This document shows, in pieces, positions 33,295 to 41,713 of a stretch of DNA of 41,713 nt. The notes below the pieces were generated by a model, which was not told the DNA's origin, searched no databases, and was given only the letters and a program-made list of their open reading frames with translations. This stretch comes from Ignavibacteria bacterium (GTDB lineage Bacteria; Bacteroidota; Ignavibacteria; Tepidaquicellales; OLB5): assembly GCA_031430615.1 (NCBI GenBank), contig JANPBV010000306.1:1-41713 (forward strand), in the 5' to 3' direction. Numbering within the stretch: the first letter of the stretch is position 1; each line of letters begins with the position of its first letter. Position numbers and translations under genes: made by a program.

Positions 33295-34758
33295 ATGATC
33301 GAGAGTTCGCTTATTTTATTACTGAAAAAGTTCGATAAACAGCAGTTGAAAGACTTTAATAATTTTGTAAAGTCACCATTCTTCAATACAAACAGCGCGC
33401 TGGTTAAGCTATACGAGTACATCAGGAAACAATATCCTGATTATAACCCCGAGAAGCTTGAAAAAGAATTTGTTTACAAAAAGCTCTTCGGAAAGACGGA
33501 ATACAACGATGGATTTCTAAGAGTATTGATGTCAAACCTTCAGAGTCTGGCTGAGGAGTACCTTACATACAACAGATTTCAGGCAGACACTTTAATAAAG
33601 AAGAAATATTTACTTGATGCATTGAGCGGTATAGGAGCAAGAAAGCAGGCTGAAAAAGTACTGAATGAAGGATTGAAAGAAATTTCTAAATTATCGCCGC
33701 AGAACCCGGATGATTACCTTGGAATGTATCATATGGCTTTTTATAAAAGGTATTTTTACAGCACCCAATTTGTTGTTAATAAAAGTAATAAACCTGATGA
33801 GAGTATTTTTGATGAACAGAAATATTTTATTATGCATTTTCTTTTAAGAACGCTTGCAGGTCATTTCTACCATCTTAATCAAATGCAGATAATAAGCTAT
33901 GAACCAAAACTTATTTTTCTTGATGAGATCACTTTATTTCTGGAAAGGAATCCCGGGTATCTTGAAGTGCCAATGCTTAATATTACCTTTCTGCGGCTGC
34001 TATTACTTAAGAATAATGACATAAAGGACTATTACAGATTAAAAGAATCATTTTATAGAACATTTGAAAAACTGGACATTAAAGACGCGTTTAATACGAT
34101 ATCTGTTATACTCAATTACTGTCAGAGAAATTACTCGCAAACAGATGATGAATTATTTCAATTGGAAAAATTTGACATACTTAAATTCGCAATAAAGAAT
34201 GATCTTAATACATTTGAAAAAAGTGAGGGCATGGATGGAAGCAGGTTTCACAATATAGTAAGTACCGCGCTTGATTTCAAAGAAACTGGCTGGGCTGAAG
34301 ACTTTATCAAAAATTTCGGCAATAAACTAGATCCGGATAAAAAAGATTACCTGATTGCATTTGCTGATGCAATGGTTCTTTCTTCAAGGAAAGAAAATGA
34401 TGAAGCTTTGGAGCGTTTATCAAAGCTAAGGAACCCGGCTTCATCAAATGATAAGTTCAATTTAAAAGTACTTCAGATGAAAATTTATTTTGAAATGGAT
34501 TTTATTGACCAGGCAGAAAGTTCTGCAGATTCATTCAGGCACATGATCCAAAACGATAATGTTTTGCCTGAAGCATACAAGGAATTACATAAGAATTTTT
34601 ATAATTTCTACATGAAATTATTATCTATAAAGCTTAAACATGATAGAACTTTGTTAATTGAACTTTTGGGAAAGTTGAATTCCGTAAGAAATGTAATTCA
34701 GAAGAAGTGGATCGCTGAAAAGGTCAATGAAATAGAAAATGAAATGAATGTTAGCTGA
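33295..34758 (+). CDS. SPFFN-family protein copy 5
   Basis: 487 aa. Blocks: NNFVKSPFFNTNSALVKLYEYIRKQYPDY, YNDGFLRVLMSNLQSLAEEY, ADSFRHMIQN and KKWIAEKVNEIE. Confidence 0.8.
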   Translation: MIESSLILLLKKFDKQQLKDFNNFVKSPFFNTNSALVKLYEYIRKQYPDYNPEKLEKEFVYKKLFGKTEYNDGFLRVLMSNLQSLAEEYLTYNRFQADTLIKKKYLLDALSGIGARKQAEKVLNEGLKEISKLSPQNPDDYLGMYHMAFYKRYFYSTQFVVNKSNKPDESIFDEQKYFIMHFLLRTLAGHFYHLNQMQIISYEPKLIFLDEITLFLERNPGYLEVPMLNITFLRLLLLKNNDIKDYYRLKESFYRTFEKLDIKDAFNTISVILNYCQRNYSQTDDELFQLEKFDILKFAIKNDLNTFEKSEGMDGSRFHNIVSTALDFKETGWAEDFIKNFGNKLDPDKKDYLIAFADAMVLSSRKENDEALERLSKLRNPASSNDKFNLKVLQMKIYFEMDFIDQAESSADSFRHMIQNDNVLPEAYKELHKNFYNFYMKLLSIKLKHDRTLLIELLGKLNSVRNVIQKKWIAEKVNEIENEMNVS

Positions 34759-34781
34759 TTCAGAATTTGTTCATGGAATTA

Positions 34782-35423
34782 CTAAGGCGCAAGTCTTTCT
34801 ATCTTCCAGTCTTTTTTAGTATTCGTATATCGTACCCTGTCATGCAGTCTATTGGGCCTGCCTTGCCAGAATTCAAATGATTCAGGTATAAGCATGTAGC
34901 CGCCCCAAACATCAGGAAGAGGAACGTGGTTTTTGAACTTAACCATATATTTCAGGAATTCTCTTACAATTGCCGAACGGCTTTCTATCACAGTACTTTG
35001 CTTTGATGCCCATGCGCCAACCCTGCTTTTATATGGTCGAGTGTTGAAATACTCTTCACTTTCTTCTTTTGTGACTTTTTCTATCTTACCTTCAATTCTC
35101 ACCTGGCGCTCAAGTTTATCCCAGTAAAACAACAGGCAGCCAAAAGGATTTTCTTCTATATCTTTGCCCTTTTTACTTTTATAATTAGTATAAAACACAA
35201 ATGAATTATCATGAATGCCTTTTAGCAGCACAACTCTGGCAGTAGGTTTTCCTGTTTTGGAGGCAGTTGACAAAGTCATGGCATTTGGCTCTAAAAAACC
35301 TGATTTTAAAACTTCCTGAAACCATTTATCGAATTGTTTGAAAGGGTCTTTACTTACACTCTTTGCTGAAAGTGTGCTTTTTGAATACTGCCTTCTTAAA
35401 TTTTGAATATCTTTATCATCCAT
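34782..35423 (-). CDS. pdxH: pyridoxamine 5'-phosphate oxidase
   Basis: Blocks RVVLLKG, RQVRIEG..EESEEYF..RP..S..GAWAS.QS and the C-terminal EFWQGRPNRLHDR. Confidence 0.92.
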   Translation of the reverse strand: MDDKDIQNLRRQYSKSTLSAKSVSKDPFKQFDKWFQEVLKSGFLEPNAMTLSTASKTGKPTARVVLLKGIHDNSFVFYTNYKSKKGKDIEENPFGCLLFYWDKLERQVRIEGKIEKVTKEESEEYFNTRPYKSRVGAWASKQSTVIESRSAIVREFLKYMVKFKNHVPLPDVWGGYMLIPESFEFWQGRPNRLHDRVRYTNTKKDWKIERLAP

Positions 35424-35440
35424 ATACTAAATTTAACACA

Positions 35441-35839
35441 CTATTTTTTGCGGTGTATCAGGTATGCATTACCGCATTTTTCAAAACCGATCTTTGTATA
35501 ATACTCCATAGCTTCTGGGGCAGAAAGCAGCACAAGGTTTGATTCATCACCGATGATTTTTTGAATTTCATTTACCAGCTCATTCCCTATGCCATGGTTC
35601 TGGTATTCCTTATCAACAGCAAGATCAGAAAGATAACAGCAATAACTGAAATCACTTAAAGCCCTTGATACACCAACAAGCTTTTCTCCATCCCATGCAG
35701 TAACCGTCAGGTTAGAATTATCGATCATTTTTTTGATTCTGTTCAGGTCTTCAACCGGCCGTTTAATTCCGGATGCTTTAAACAGATCGGATAGTTCATG
35801 TGCCTCAAGTTTCGTGTTCGTTTTATAGGTTATTACCAT
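35441..35839 (-). CDS. GNAT family N-acetyltransferase
   Basis: Acetyl-CoA binding motif LAVDKEYQNHGIGNELV. Confidence 0.85.
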   Translation of the reverse strand: MVITYKTNTKLEAHELSDLFKASGIKRPVEDLNRIKKMIDNSNLTVTAWDGEKLVGVSRALSDFSYCCYLSDLAVDKEYQNHGIGNELVNEIQKIIGDESNLVLLSAPEAMEYYTKIGFEKCGNAYLIHRKK

Positions 35840-35849
35840 AAATCAGGAA

Positions 35850-36287
35850 TTAGTTACTAAAAAATGACTTATAAACGGGTTTTCTGTAAAAAAACTGCAG
35901 GTAAAACGCCGGAAAAAGCAATAAATCCACAAAAATGCTGCCGGATTTATAACAAATATCATCAATAATTATACTACTATCAATAGATTTTTCTATTTTA
36001 TGCATATGCTTCCAATATTTGAGAGGTTTTGGCAGAAGTACACCTTCATCAATAAAATAGACTTCATTTTCATCTGAATGCTGAGAAGTTATGAGTGATA
36101 CCCATTTTTGTTTGAAACCAAGTATGTTAATTTCAACGTGAACCTCATCGCCTTGTTGGCATCCGTCAAACCTCAATACATTTAAACCTATCAAAGGGGG
36201 TTTAAGTTTCATAAACAGATTAATATCAAAAGCTTGAAAAACTTTTTTATATTCCTGCTTTACCTTTGTCTTTATAGTTATACGCAT
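35850..36287 (-). CDS. SRPBCC (START/cyclase-dehydrase-like) superfamily protein
   Basis: Size and pattern fit (F..L.PP.....V.RFDG..QGDEV......GFKQKW.S.IT......YF.DEG...P..YW.H.H.). The assignment is from memory of the fold family. Confidence 0.5.
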   Translation of the reverse strand: MRITIKTKVKQEYKKVFQAFDINLFMKLKPPLIGLNVLRFDGCQQGDEVHVEINILGFKQKWVSLITSQHSDENEVYFIDEGVLLPKPLKYWKHMHKIEKSIDSSIIIDDICYKSGSIFVDLLLFPAFYLQFFYRKPVYKSFFSN

Positions 36288-36295
36288 TTTATACT

Positions 36296-36330
36296 AAAAA
36301 GGCTCTGAAAATTTAATTTACAGAGCCTTT
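36296..36330 (-). terminator. rho-independent terminator of the IDH-family gene
   Basis: AAAGGCTCTG / CAGAGCCTTT is a 10-bp stem followed by a U-run on the minus strand. Confidence 0.75.
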
Positions 36331-36350
36331 GAGAAATCATATTAAGTTAA

Positions 36351-37805
36351 TTATTGTCCCTGTGCCAGTGTAAATCCTGGAATGCCATCAAATGTGCATA
36401 GATTTTCTATTTTAATGAAATCATATCCTGCATTTTTAATAGCATTAAGCTGGGCAATGATCTGTTCATGTGAAACAGGTGCACCATCTGTAATTGACTG
36501 AAAGCGACATCTCCAATGGTCAACACAAAATGTTTCAGAATGTCCTCCCGGGTAAACTTTAACACCGCGGTTTGAGATCATAACAAGCTTTAAGCCATCT
36601 ATTGCAACATTCTTTATCTTTTCTCCAAGCTCATTAGCTGAACCTAAATTCCAGTGAAGATAAATATCGGAACCGATAGTTTCTTTCTTTGCTTTTTTAA
36701 TATTCCGGTAGTCATAATGATCATATACTTTTAAATTAAAATCATTATAAGCAACTTCCTTTAACTTCGAAGGTTTTTGTCCCAGTCTTGCAATAACTGC
36801 TTCACCAAATTCTTTAGTTCCTACTTTTTGTTTGCTGTTACCTTCTTTATAAATATCATATGTATGAATACCATCTTCGATGGTTTTAAGCCAGGCATTA
36901 TGAACCTTTTGGGCTATGTCGGTCTGGTTAATGTGCGCAAGCATCATAACAGCTCCCAAGAGCAATCCGGAAGGATTTGCTGAGTTCTGTCCGGCTCTTC
37001 TTGGAGCAGAGCCATGAATAGCTTCAAACATAGCGCATTTATCACCAATATTTGCTGATCCTGCCAATCCAACAGAACCAGTCATTTGAGCAGTAACATC
37101 TGAGAGTATATCTCCATAAAGATTTTCCATAACAATTACATCAAATTGTTCAGGTGTTGTTGCAAGCTTTGCCGCGCCAATATCAACTATCCATGATTCA
37201 TTTTCCAGATCAGGATATTCTGTAGCAATTTTATCAAAGACTTTATGAAATAATCCGTCAGTGATCTTCATAATATTATCTTTTACAAAACAGGATACTT
37301 TTTTCCTGTTGTTCGCTCTTGCATATTCAAATGCATACCTGATGATTTTTTCCGATCCCGGTTCAGAGATAATTTTTAAACATTGGGTAACCTGGTCTGT
37401 ATGTCTGTACTCAATACCTGCATAAGTATCTTCTTCATTTTCTCTTACTATAACTACATCCATAACAGGATGTTTGGTTTCTACAAAAGGAAAATATGAA
37501 TAACATGGTCTTACATTAGCATATAATCCAAGCGTCTTTCTTGTTGTAACATTCAGGCTTTTAAAACCGCCGCCCTGTGGAGTTGTAATAGGCGCTTTTA
37601 AGAAAACTTTAGTTTTCATTAAAGATTCCCATGAGCTTGGTTCAATACCTGCAGAGTTACCTCTTGCATATACCTTTTCGCCGATCTCAATAACATCAAT
37701 TTCTATTTTAGCGCCGGCTGCCATTATAACATCAAGTGTTGCCTGCATTATTTCGGGTCCGATGCCATCGCCATATGCTACTGTAATTGGAGTATTTCCA
37801 GACAT
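36351..37805 (-). CDS. isocitrate/homoisocitrate dehydrogenase family enzyme with ~140-aa C-terminal extension
   Basis: Blocks SLNVTTRKTLGLYANVRP, NLYGDILSD and GLAGSANIG..A.FEA.HGSAP are typical of the beta-decarboxylating dehydrogenase family. An extra C-terminal domain follows about residue 340. Confidence 0.85.
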   Translation of the reverse strand: MSGNTPITVAYGDGIGPEIMQATLDVIMAAGAKIEIDVIEIGEKVYARGNSAGIEPSSWESLMKTKVFLKAPITTPQGGGFKSLNVTTRKTLGLYANVRPCYSYFPFVETKHPVMDVVIVRENEEDTYAGIEYRHTDQVTQCLKIISEPGSEKIIRYAFEYARANNRKKVSCFVKDNIMKITDGLFHKVFDKIATEYPDLENESWIVDIGAAKLATTPEQFDVIVMENLYGDILSDVTAQMTGSVGLAGSANIGDKCAMFEAIHGSAPRRAGQNSANPSGLLLGAVMMLAHINQTDIAQKVHNAWLKTIEDGIHTYDIYKEGNSKQKVGTKEFGEAVIARLGQKPSKLKEVAYNDFNLKVYDHYDYRNIKKAKKETIGSDIYLHWNLGSANELGEKIKNVAIDGLKLVMISNRGVKVYPGGHSETFCVDHWRCRFQSITDGAPVSHEQIIAQLNAIKNAGYDFIKIENLCTFDGIPGFTLAQGQ

Positions 37806-38010
37806 TTAATATCCTTTCATAGATATGAATTTATTAACTGGTTTTGAGGTATGAAAGCACAAATTTACGAAATTTATGGGTAAAATTAAATGTAGAATTT
37901 TTAGCTTATTTGCATGGTAAAAAATCAGTAAATATTAAACATATTTTAACTAAACTTATGTATAAACTATTGCATCTAATATATATATATAATTTATTGT
38001 AAACTGATTT

Positions 38011-38952
38011 ATGGGTATAATTTTTATTACAAAATTTCCGCAGTTTGAACAAGAAGGATTTAATATTAAGGAATATTATAATAGCTTTAATACCTCTAAT
38101 GTTATTATAAACGCTAGCTCCAAAAATATATATTACCCGGTTAATTCCGGCAGCCCTCTTACCGTAAAACATGTTTTTAAGGGAGAAGAATATTATATCA
38201 ACCATTACTGCAAATACAGGGTTAAGATTGATAGCTTCATCATATTTAATGATCAGCAAAAGTATGGTAGCTATATAGATTCCGAAGAAGTGACTGAATC
38301 ATTTTCCGTATTTTTTAATCCGAATTATGTGAGAGATGTTTTAAGCTCATTAATAACTTCAGACGATATGATTTTGAAAAACCCATTCTATCCTAAACGA
38401 AGTACACAGCAGGTCAATTTTATTGAGAAACTCTATAACAGGGATAATTATATTGTACCTATTCTTGAGAAATTGCGAACAGCAATTATAAATAAAAATT
38501 ATTCCGAGTCATACTTTAATGAACAGTTATACTTTTTACTTGAAGGGCTGATATTTATCAATAGGAAGCTTTATAATGAGATTGAAAAAGTAATCGCAGC
38601 TAAAAAATCCACCAGGCTTGAAGTTTACCGCAGGCTGTGCATTGCGAAGGATTATATTGAATCATGCTATAACGAAAAAATAACACTCGCATCCATGGCA
38701 AAAGCGGCAAGCATGTGTCAGCATCACCTTTTAAGGGAGTTCAGGAAATTTTATAAGATTACTCCATACCAGTATTTAATGGAAGCAAGGCTCCTAAACG
38801 CAAAGAAATTATTGATGCAGCGGTCTAAATCCGTTTCAGAAATTTCTACTCAAGCTGGATTTGAATATTTAAGCTCGTTCAGCGAAGCCTTTAACAGGCG
38901 CTTCGGGCTCTCACCCACGGCATTCCGCAATACTCAAAAAGTCAATTCTTAG
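38011..38952 (+). CDS. AraC family transcriptional regulator
   Basis: C-terminal double HTH (ITLASMAKAASMCQHHLLREFRKFYKITPYQYL...ISTQAGFEYLSSFSEAFNRRFGLSPTAFR). Confidence 0.85.
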   Translation: MGIIFITKFPQFEQEGFNIKEYYNSFNTSNVIINASSKNIYYPVNSGSPLTVKHVFKGEEYYINHYCKYRVKIDSFIIFNDQQKYGSYIDSEEVTESFSVFFNPNYVRDVLSSLITSDDMILKNPFYPKRSTQQVNFIEKLYNRDNYIVPILEKLRTAIINKNYSESYFNEQLYFLLEGLIFINRKLYNEIEKVIAAKKSTRLEVYRRLCIAKDYIESCYNEKITLASMAKAASMCQHHLLREFRKFYKITPYQYLMEARLLNAKKLLMQRSKSVSEISTQAGFEYLSSFSEAFNRRFGLSPTAFRNTQKVNS

Positions 38953-39026
38953 TAAATCATAAATCACAATATTTCTTATTTTTGAGAAATCTGTAATAAA
39001 TCAGAATTCTTAAATTATACTAATAT

Positions 39027-40241
39027 ATGAGATATATTTTATTCCTATTTGCTCTTCTTTTTACTTTCACGAATACGTACTCCCAAAACGGGTGGCAGCA
39101 GCAAACCAGCGGAACCCCTTCAACCATACTTGGAGCGGTAATGACTGATATTAATACCGCTTATGTATGCGGAATTGACGGCATAGTGTTAAAATCCACA
39201 AACGGAGGAAGCAACTGGCAGCCGCTGAATACTGGTACTCCACGGTTTCTAAGGAGTATAACTTATGTTAATTCAAATATTGTGTATACAGCAGGTGAGC
39301 TCGGAATAATCCTTAAAACAACTAACGGCGGAGGTAACTGGGCGACTTTAAACAGCGGAACAAATAATACGTTTGTGAACATACATTTTGTTGATGTATC
39401 AAACGGCACCGCTGTTGGACTCAACGGAACAATACAAAGAACAACTGATGGGGGTGATAACTGGTTACCTCAAACAAGCGGTGTAACGGATGAGCTTACA
39501 GGAGTGCATTTCACTAATGCTAATACCGGATACACCTCAGGCTTTGGAGGAAGAATTCTGCAAACTACAAACGGCGGCACGAACTGGAATCCACTCACAA
39601 CCAATGTAACAAATGATATGAGAGCAGTTTGTTTTACAGATGCTAATACAGGAATTGCAGTGGGTACATCAGGCAGGATTATAAGAACAACAAATGCAGG
39701 CGGAAACTGGGTAAGTATTACGAGCGGTACATCAGCTGTGCTATATTCGGTTTATTTTGCAAACAACCAAACGGGCTATATTTCAGGCGGCGGAGTGATT
39801 TTGAATACAACAAACGGGGGATTGAACTGGCAAGCGCAGCCTGAGAATGTTTCATCTGATTTATACAGCATACATTTTGCAGACGGCTTAAACGGAATTA
39901 CAGTTGGACAAAATGGAGTAATTTTAAAAACCGTCAGCGGGGGGATTGGTATTCATCAAATATCAAATGAGGTACCTCAGAAATTTACTCTGTATCAAAA
40001 TTATCCAAATCCTTTTAATCCTTCAACTGTAATTACTTTTGATCTGCTTAATTTATCTCATGTAAATCTTTCAATTTTTGATATAACAGGTAAAATTATT
40101 GATAAAATTGTTAATGAAAAACTTTCCGCCGGAAAATACAATGTGGAATGGAGCAGTAATAACTATCCGAGCGGTATTTATTTTTGTAGGTTAGAAACCG
40201 ATAAATTTAGTTCTGCTATAAAAATGCTGATAGTAAAATAG
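39027..40241 (+). CDS. T9SS-sorted Ycf48/BNR-like beta-propeller protein
   Basis: Signal peptide, then about 7 repeats of ~40 aa with (T/S)TNGG.NW. C-terminal Por_Secre_tail YQNYPNPFNPSTVITF...IKMLIVK. Confidence 0.85.
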   Translation: MRYILFLFALLFTFTNTYSQNGWQQQTSGTPSTILGAVMTDINTAYVCGIDGIVLKSTNGGSNWQPLNTGTPRFLRSITYVNSNIVYTAGELGIILKTTNGGGNWATLNSGTNNTFVNIHFVDVSNGTAVGLNGTIQRTTDGGDNWLPQTSGVTDELTGVHFTNANTGYTSGFGGRILQTTNGGTNWNPLTTNVTNDMRAVCFTDANTGIAVGTSGRIIRTTNAGGNWVSITSGTSAVLYSVYFANNQTGYISGGGVILNTTNGGLNWQAQPENVSSDLYSIHFADGLNGITVGQNGVILKTVSGGIGIHQISNEVPQKFTLYQNYPNPFNPSTVITFDLLNLSHVNLSIFDITGKIIDKIVNEKLSAGKYNVEWSSNNYPSGIYFCRLETDKFSSAIKMLIVK

Positions 40242-40367
40242 GGCATTACTGCATTTTTACAAATGGAAATTAAGCCTGCGGAATAATTATACACCTTTTT
40301 TGAAACCTTTCTTCTCGTTTTATCATCTAATTATATAGCTCTCCTAATTCTATTAATCACTATAATT

Positions 40368-41713
40368 ATGAACAGAAATACATTTTTCCGTTTTTATGCG
40401 GTTTTAATGGTATTTTTTGCTGTAATCAGTTCTTATTCCCAAAATTCAGTAAATAATAAATTAACCGCAGAAGAGTGGACAAAAGATATTGATTATTATT
40501 TAGAAGAAATGCCGAAAGTACACATAAATCCTTATCACACCACATCAAAAGAAAATTTTGCTCTGTTTGCTGAAGTATTAAAGGGAAAAATTCACCATAT
40601 GAGTGATAATGAGATCCTTACTGAAATTGCAAAAATGACAGCCATGATAAGTGACGGTCATACTGCTATGAATATATTCGGATTCCATGATAAGTCTTCT
40701 AAGCAGGTATGTAATCTCCACATTTTTCCGCTAAAGATATATCTTTTTCCCGATGGATTATATGTTACAGGTGCTGCTCCTCAGTATAGGGAACTGGAAG
40801 GCACTAAAGTCACAAAAATAAATGGAATGGAAATCCAGGATATACTTGCTAAAATAAAACCCATTGTTCCATTTGATAATGAATATTCATTAAAATTTAA
40901 TATTCCGTATTATTTAGTAATACCTGAATTCCTGAATGGGCTTGGAATAATTCAGGGAATTAATGAAATGGAAGTAACAGCGGTAACAAACGAAGGCAAA
41001 GAGTTAATCGTTAAGGTCAGCTCCATTGAAATAAGAAATATGGATCATAGCCCTGAATTATCGGAAGATAAAGGGCTACCTTTGTATATGCGTAATAATG
41101 ATAAGAACTATTGGTTTGAATATCTTAGTGAGAGTAAAACATTATACATTAATTATAAAAGAGTACTTATCGATCCATCTGATAGCTTATCAAATTTCTG
41201 TAAGCGGATTGAAGAGTTTGTAAACTCAAATGATATTGATAAAACAGTAATTGATATTAGGAATAACGGGGGCGGGAATAATACGACATGTCAGCCGTTT
41301 GTTAATATGGTAAGTAATAATTCCAAAATTAACAGGAAGGGAAAATTGTTTGTCATACTGGGCAGGATGACCTTTTCAGCCGCATCGTATTTAACAACCA
41401 AGCTTGAGTTCAATACAAAAGCAATATTTATTGGTGAGCCTGCCGGGGCATCACCAAATCATTATGGTGATAACAGGCCGCTTATTCTGCCGAATTCAAA
41501 GATAGAAATAAGATTATCATCAATTTACTGGCAGAACAGTTTTTCTTTTGATAACAGGATTACTACAGAACCAATTATTAATGTTGAAACAAGCTCAAAG
41601 GATTATTTTTCAGGCAAAGACCCGGTGATGGATGTAATTTTAAATTATAAATCAGAGGAAATGCAAAGCAGCAGCTACGATAAAAAGATAACCGGTACAT
41701 ATCTATATTCACC
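40368..41713 (+). CDS. S41 family peptidase-like secreted protein (3' end outside window)
   Basis: I translated this manually and it is open from ATG 40368 to the window edge. It has a signal peptide ..SSYSQN and the blocks VIDIRNNGGGN and GRMTFSAAS, which resemble the S41 active-site region. It is absent from the ORF track because no stop falls in the window. Confidence 0.7.
   Translation, partial: MNRNTFFRFYAVLMVFFAVISSYSQNSVNNKLTAEEWTKDIDYYLEEMPKVHINPYHTTSKENFALFAEVLKGKIHHMSDNEILTEIAKMTAMISDGHTAMNIFGFHDKSSKQVCNLHIFPLKIYLFPDGLYVTGAAPQYRELEGTKVTKINGMEIQDILAKIKPIVPFDNEYSLKFNIPYYLVIPEFLNGLGIIQGINEMEVTAVTNEGKELIVKVSSIEIRNMDHSPELSEDKGLPLYMRNNDKNYWFEYLSESKTLYINYKRVLIDPSDSLSNFCKRIEEFVNSNDIDKTVIDIRNNGGGNNTTCQPFVNMVSNNSKINRKGKLFVILGRMTFSAASYLTTKLEFNTKAIFIGEPAGASPNHYGDNRPLILPNSKIEIRLSSIYWQNSFSFDNRITTEPIINVETSSKDYFSGKDPVMDVILNYKSEEMQSSSYDKKITGTYLYS

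Noticed and set aside
37906-38259. 117-aa minus-strand ORF overlapping the AraC regulator start
   Set aside because: It is an AT-rich shadow ORF spanning the divergent promoter and the 5' end of a gene with a clear AraC HTH. Its composition is implausible.
1-41713. Search for tRNA, rRNA, riboswitch-like, integrase or transposase signatures
   Set aside because: No GC-rich cloverleaf-like segments or rRNA-like stretches occur in the intergenic regions, and no recombinase-like ORFs are present. The intergenic regions are uniformly AT-rich promoter-like DNA.

Overview
This is a low-GC chromosomal segment, about one-third G+C by eye. It most likely comes from an FCB-group bacterium (Ignavibacteria/Bacteroidota-like). 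Four proteins end in a T9SS Por_Secre_tail-type C-terminal domain (QNYPNPFNP ... KMxLVK), and several genes are preceded by the Bacteroidota-type -7 promoter box TAnnTTTG. The recognisable housekeeping genes are a polyprenyl glycosylphosphotransferase, a CPBP protease, recG, a wbpB-like dehydrogenase, an S9 peptidase, a PrsW-like protease, an AddA/AddB-type helicase-nuclease pair, pdxH, a GNAT, an SRPBCC protein, an IDH-family dehydrogenase, an AraC regulator and a partial S41 peptidase. The unusual content is an expanded family of ~485-aa all-helical, TPR-like cytoplasmic proteins that I cannot assign to any named family. I label it informally as the SPFFN family, after its conserved N-terminal motif. 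It has five intact copies (two tandem pairs and one solo), at least one clear decayed 5' remnant and possibly a second. Three of the four loci, plus the possible remnant, sit behind a recognisably homologous bidirectional intergenic control module. In each case that module also faces genes for secreted, lipoprotein or T9SS-cargo proteins. The accessory block at 21.9-34.8 kb also holds a tandemly duplicated lipoprotein cassette with a variable TDTK repeat and a conserved leader hairpin. It further contains near-identical T9SS tails on unrelated cargo and several small orphan proteins. I saw no rRNA, tRNA, CRISPR array, transposase or integrase.
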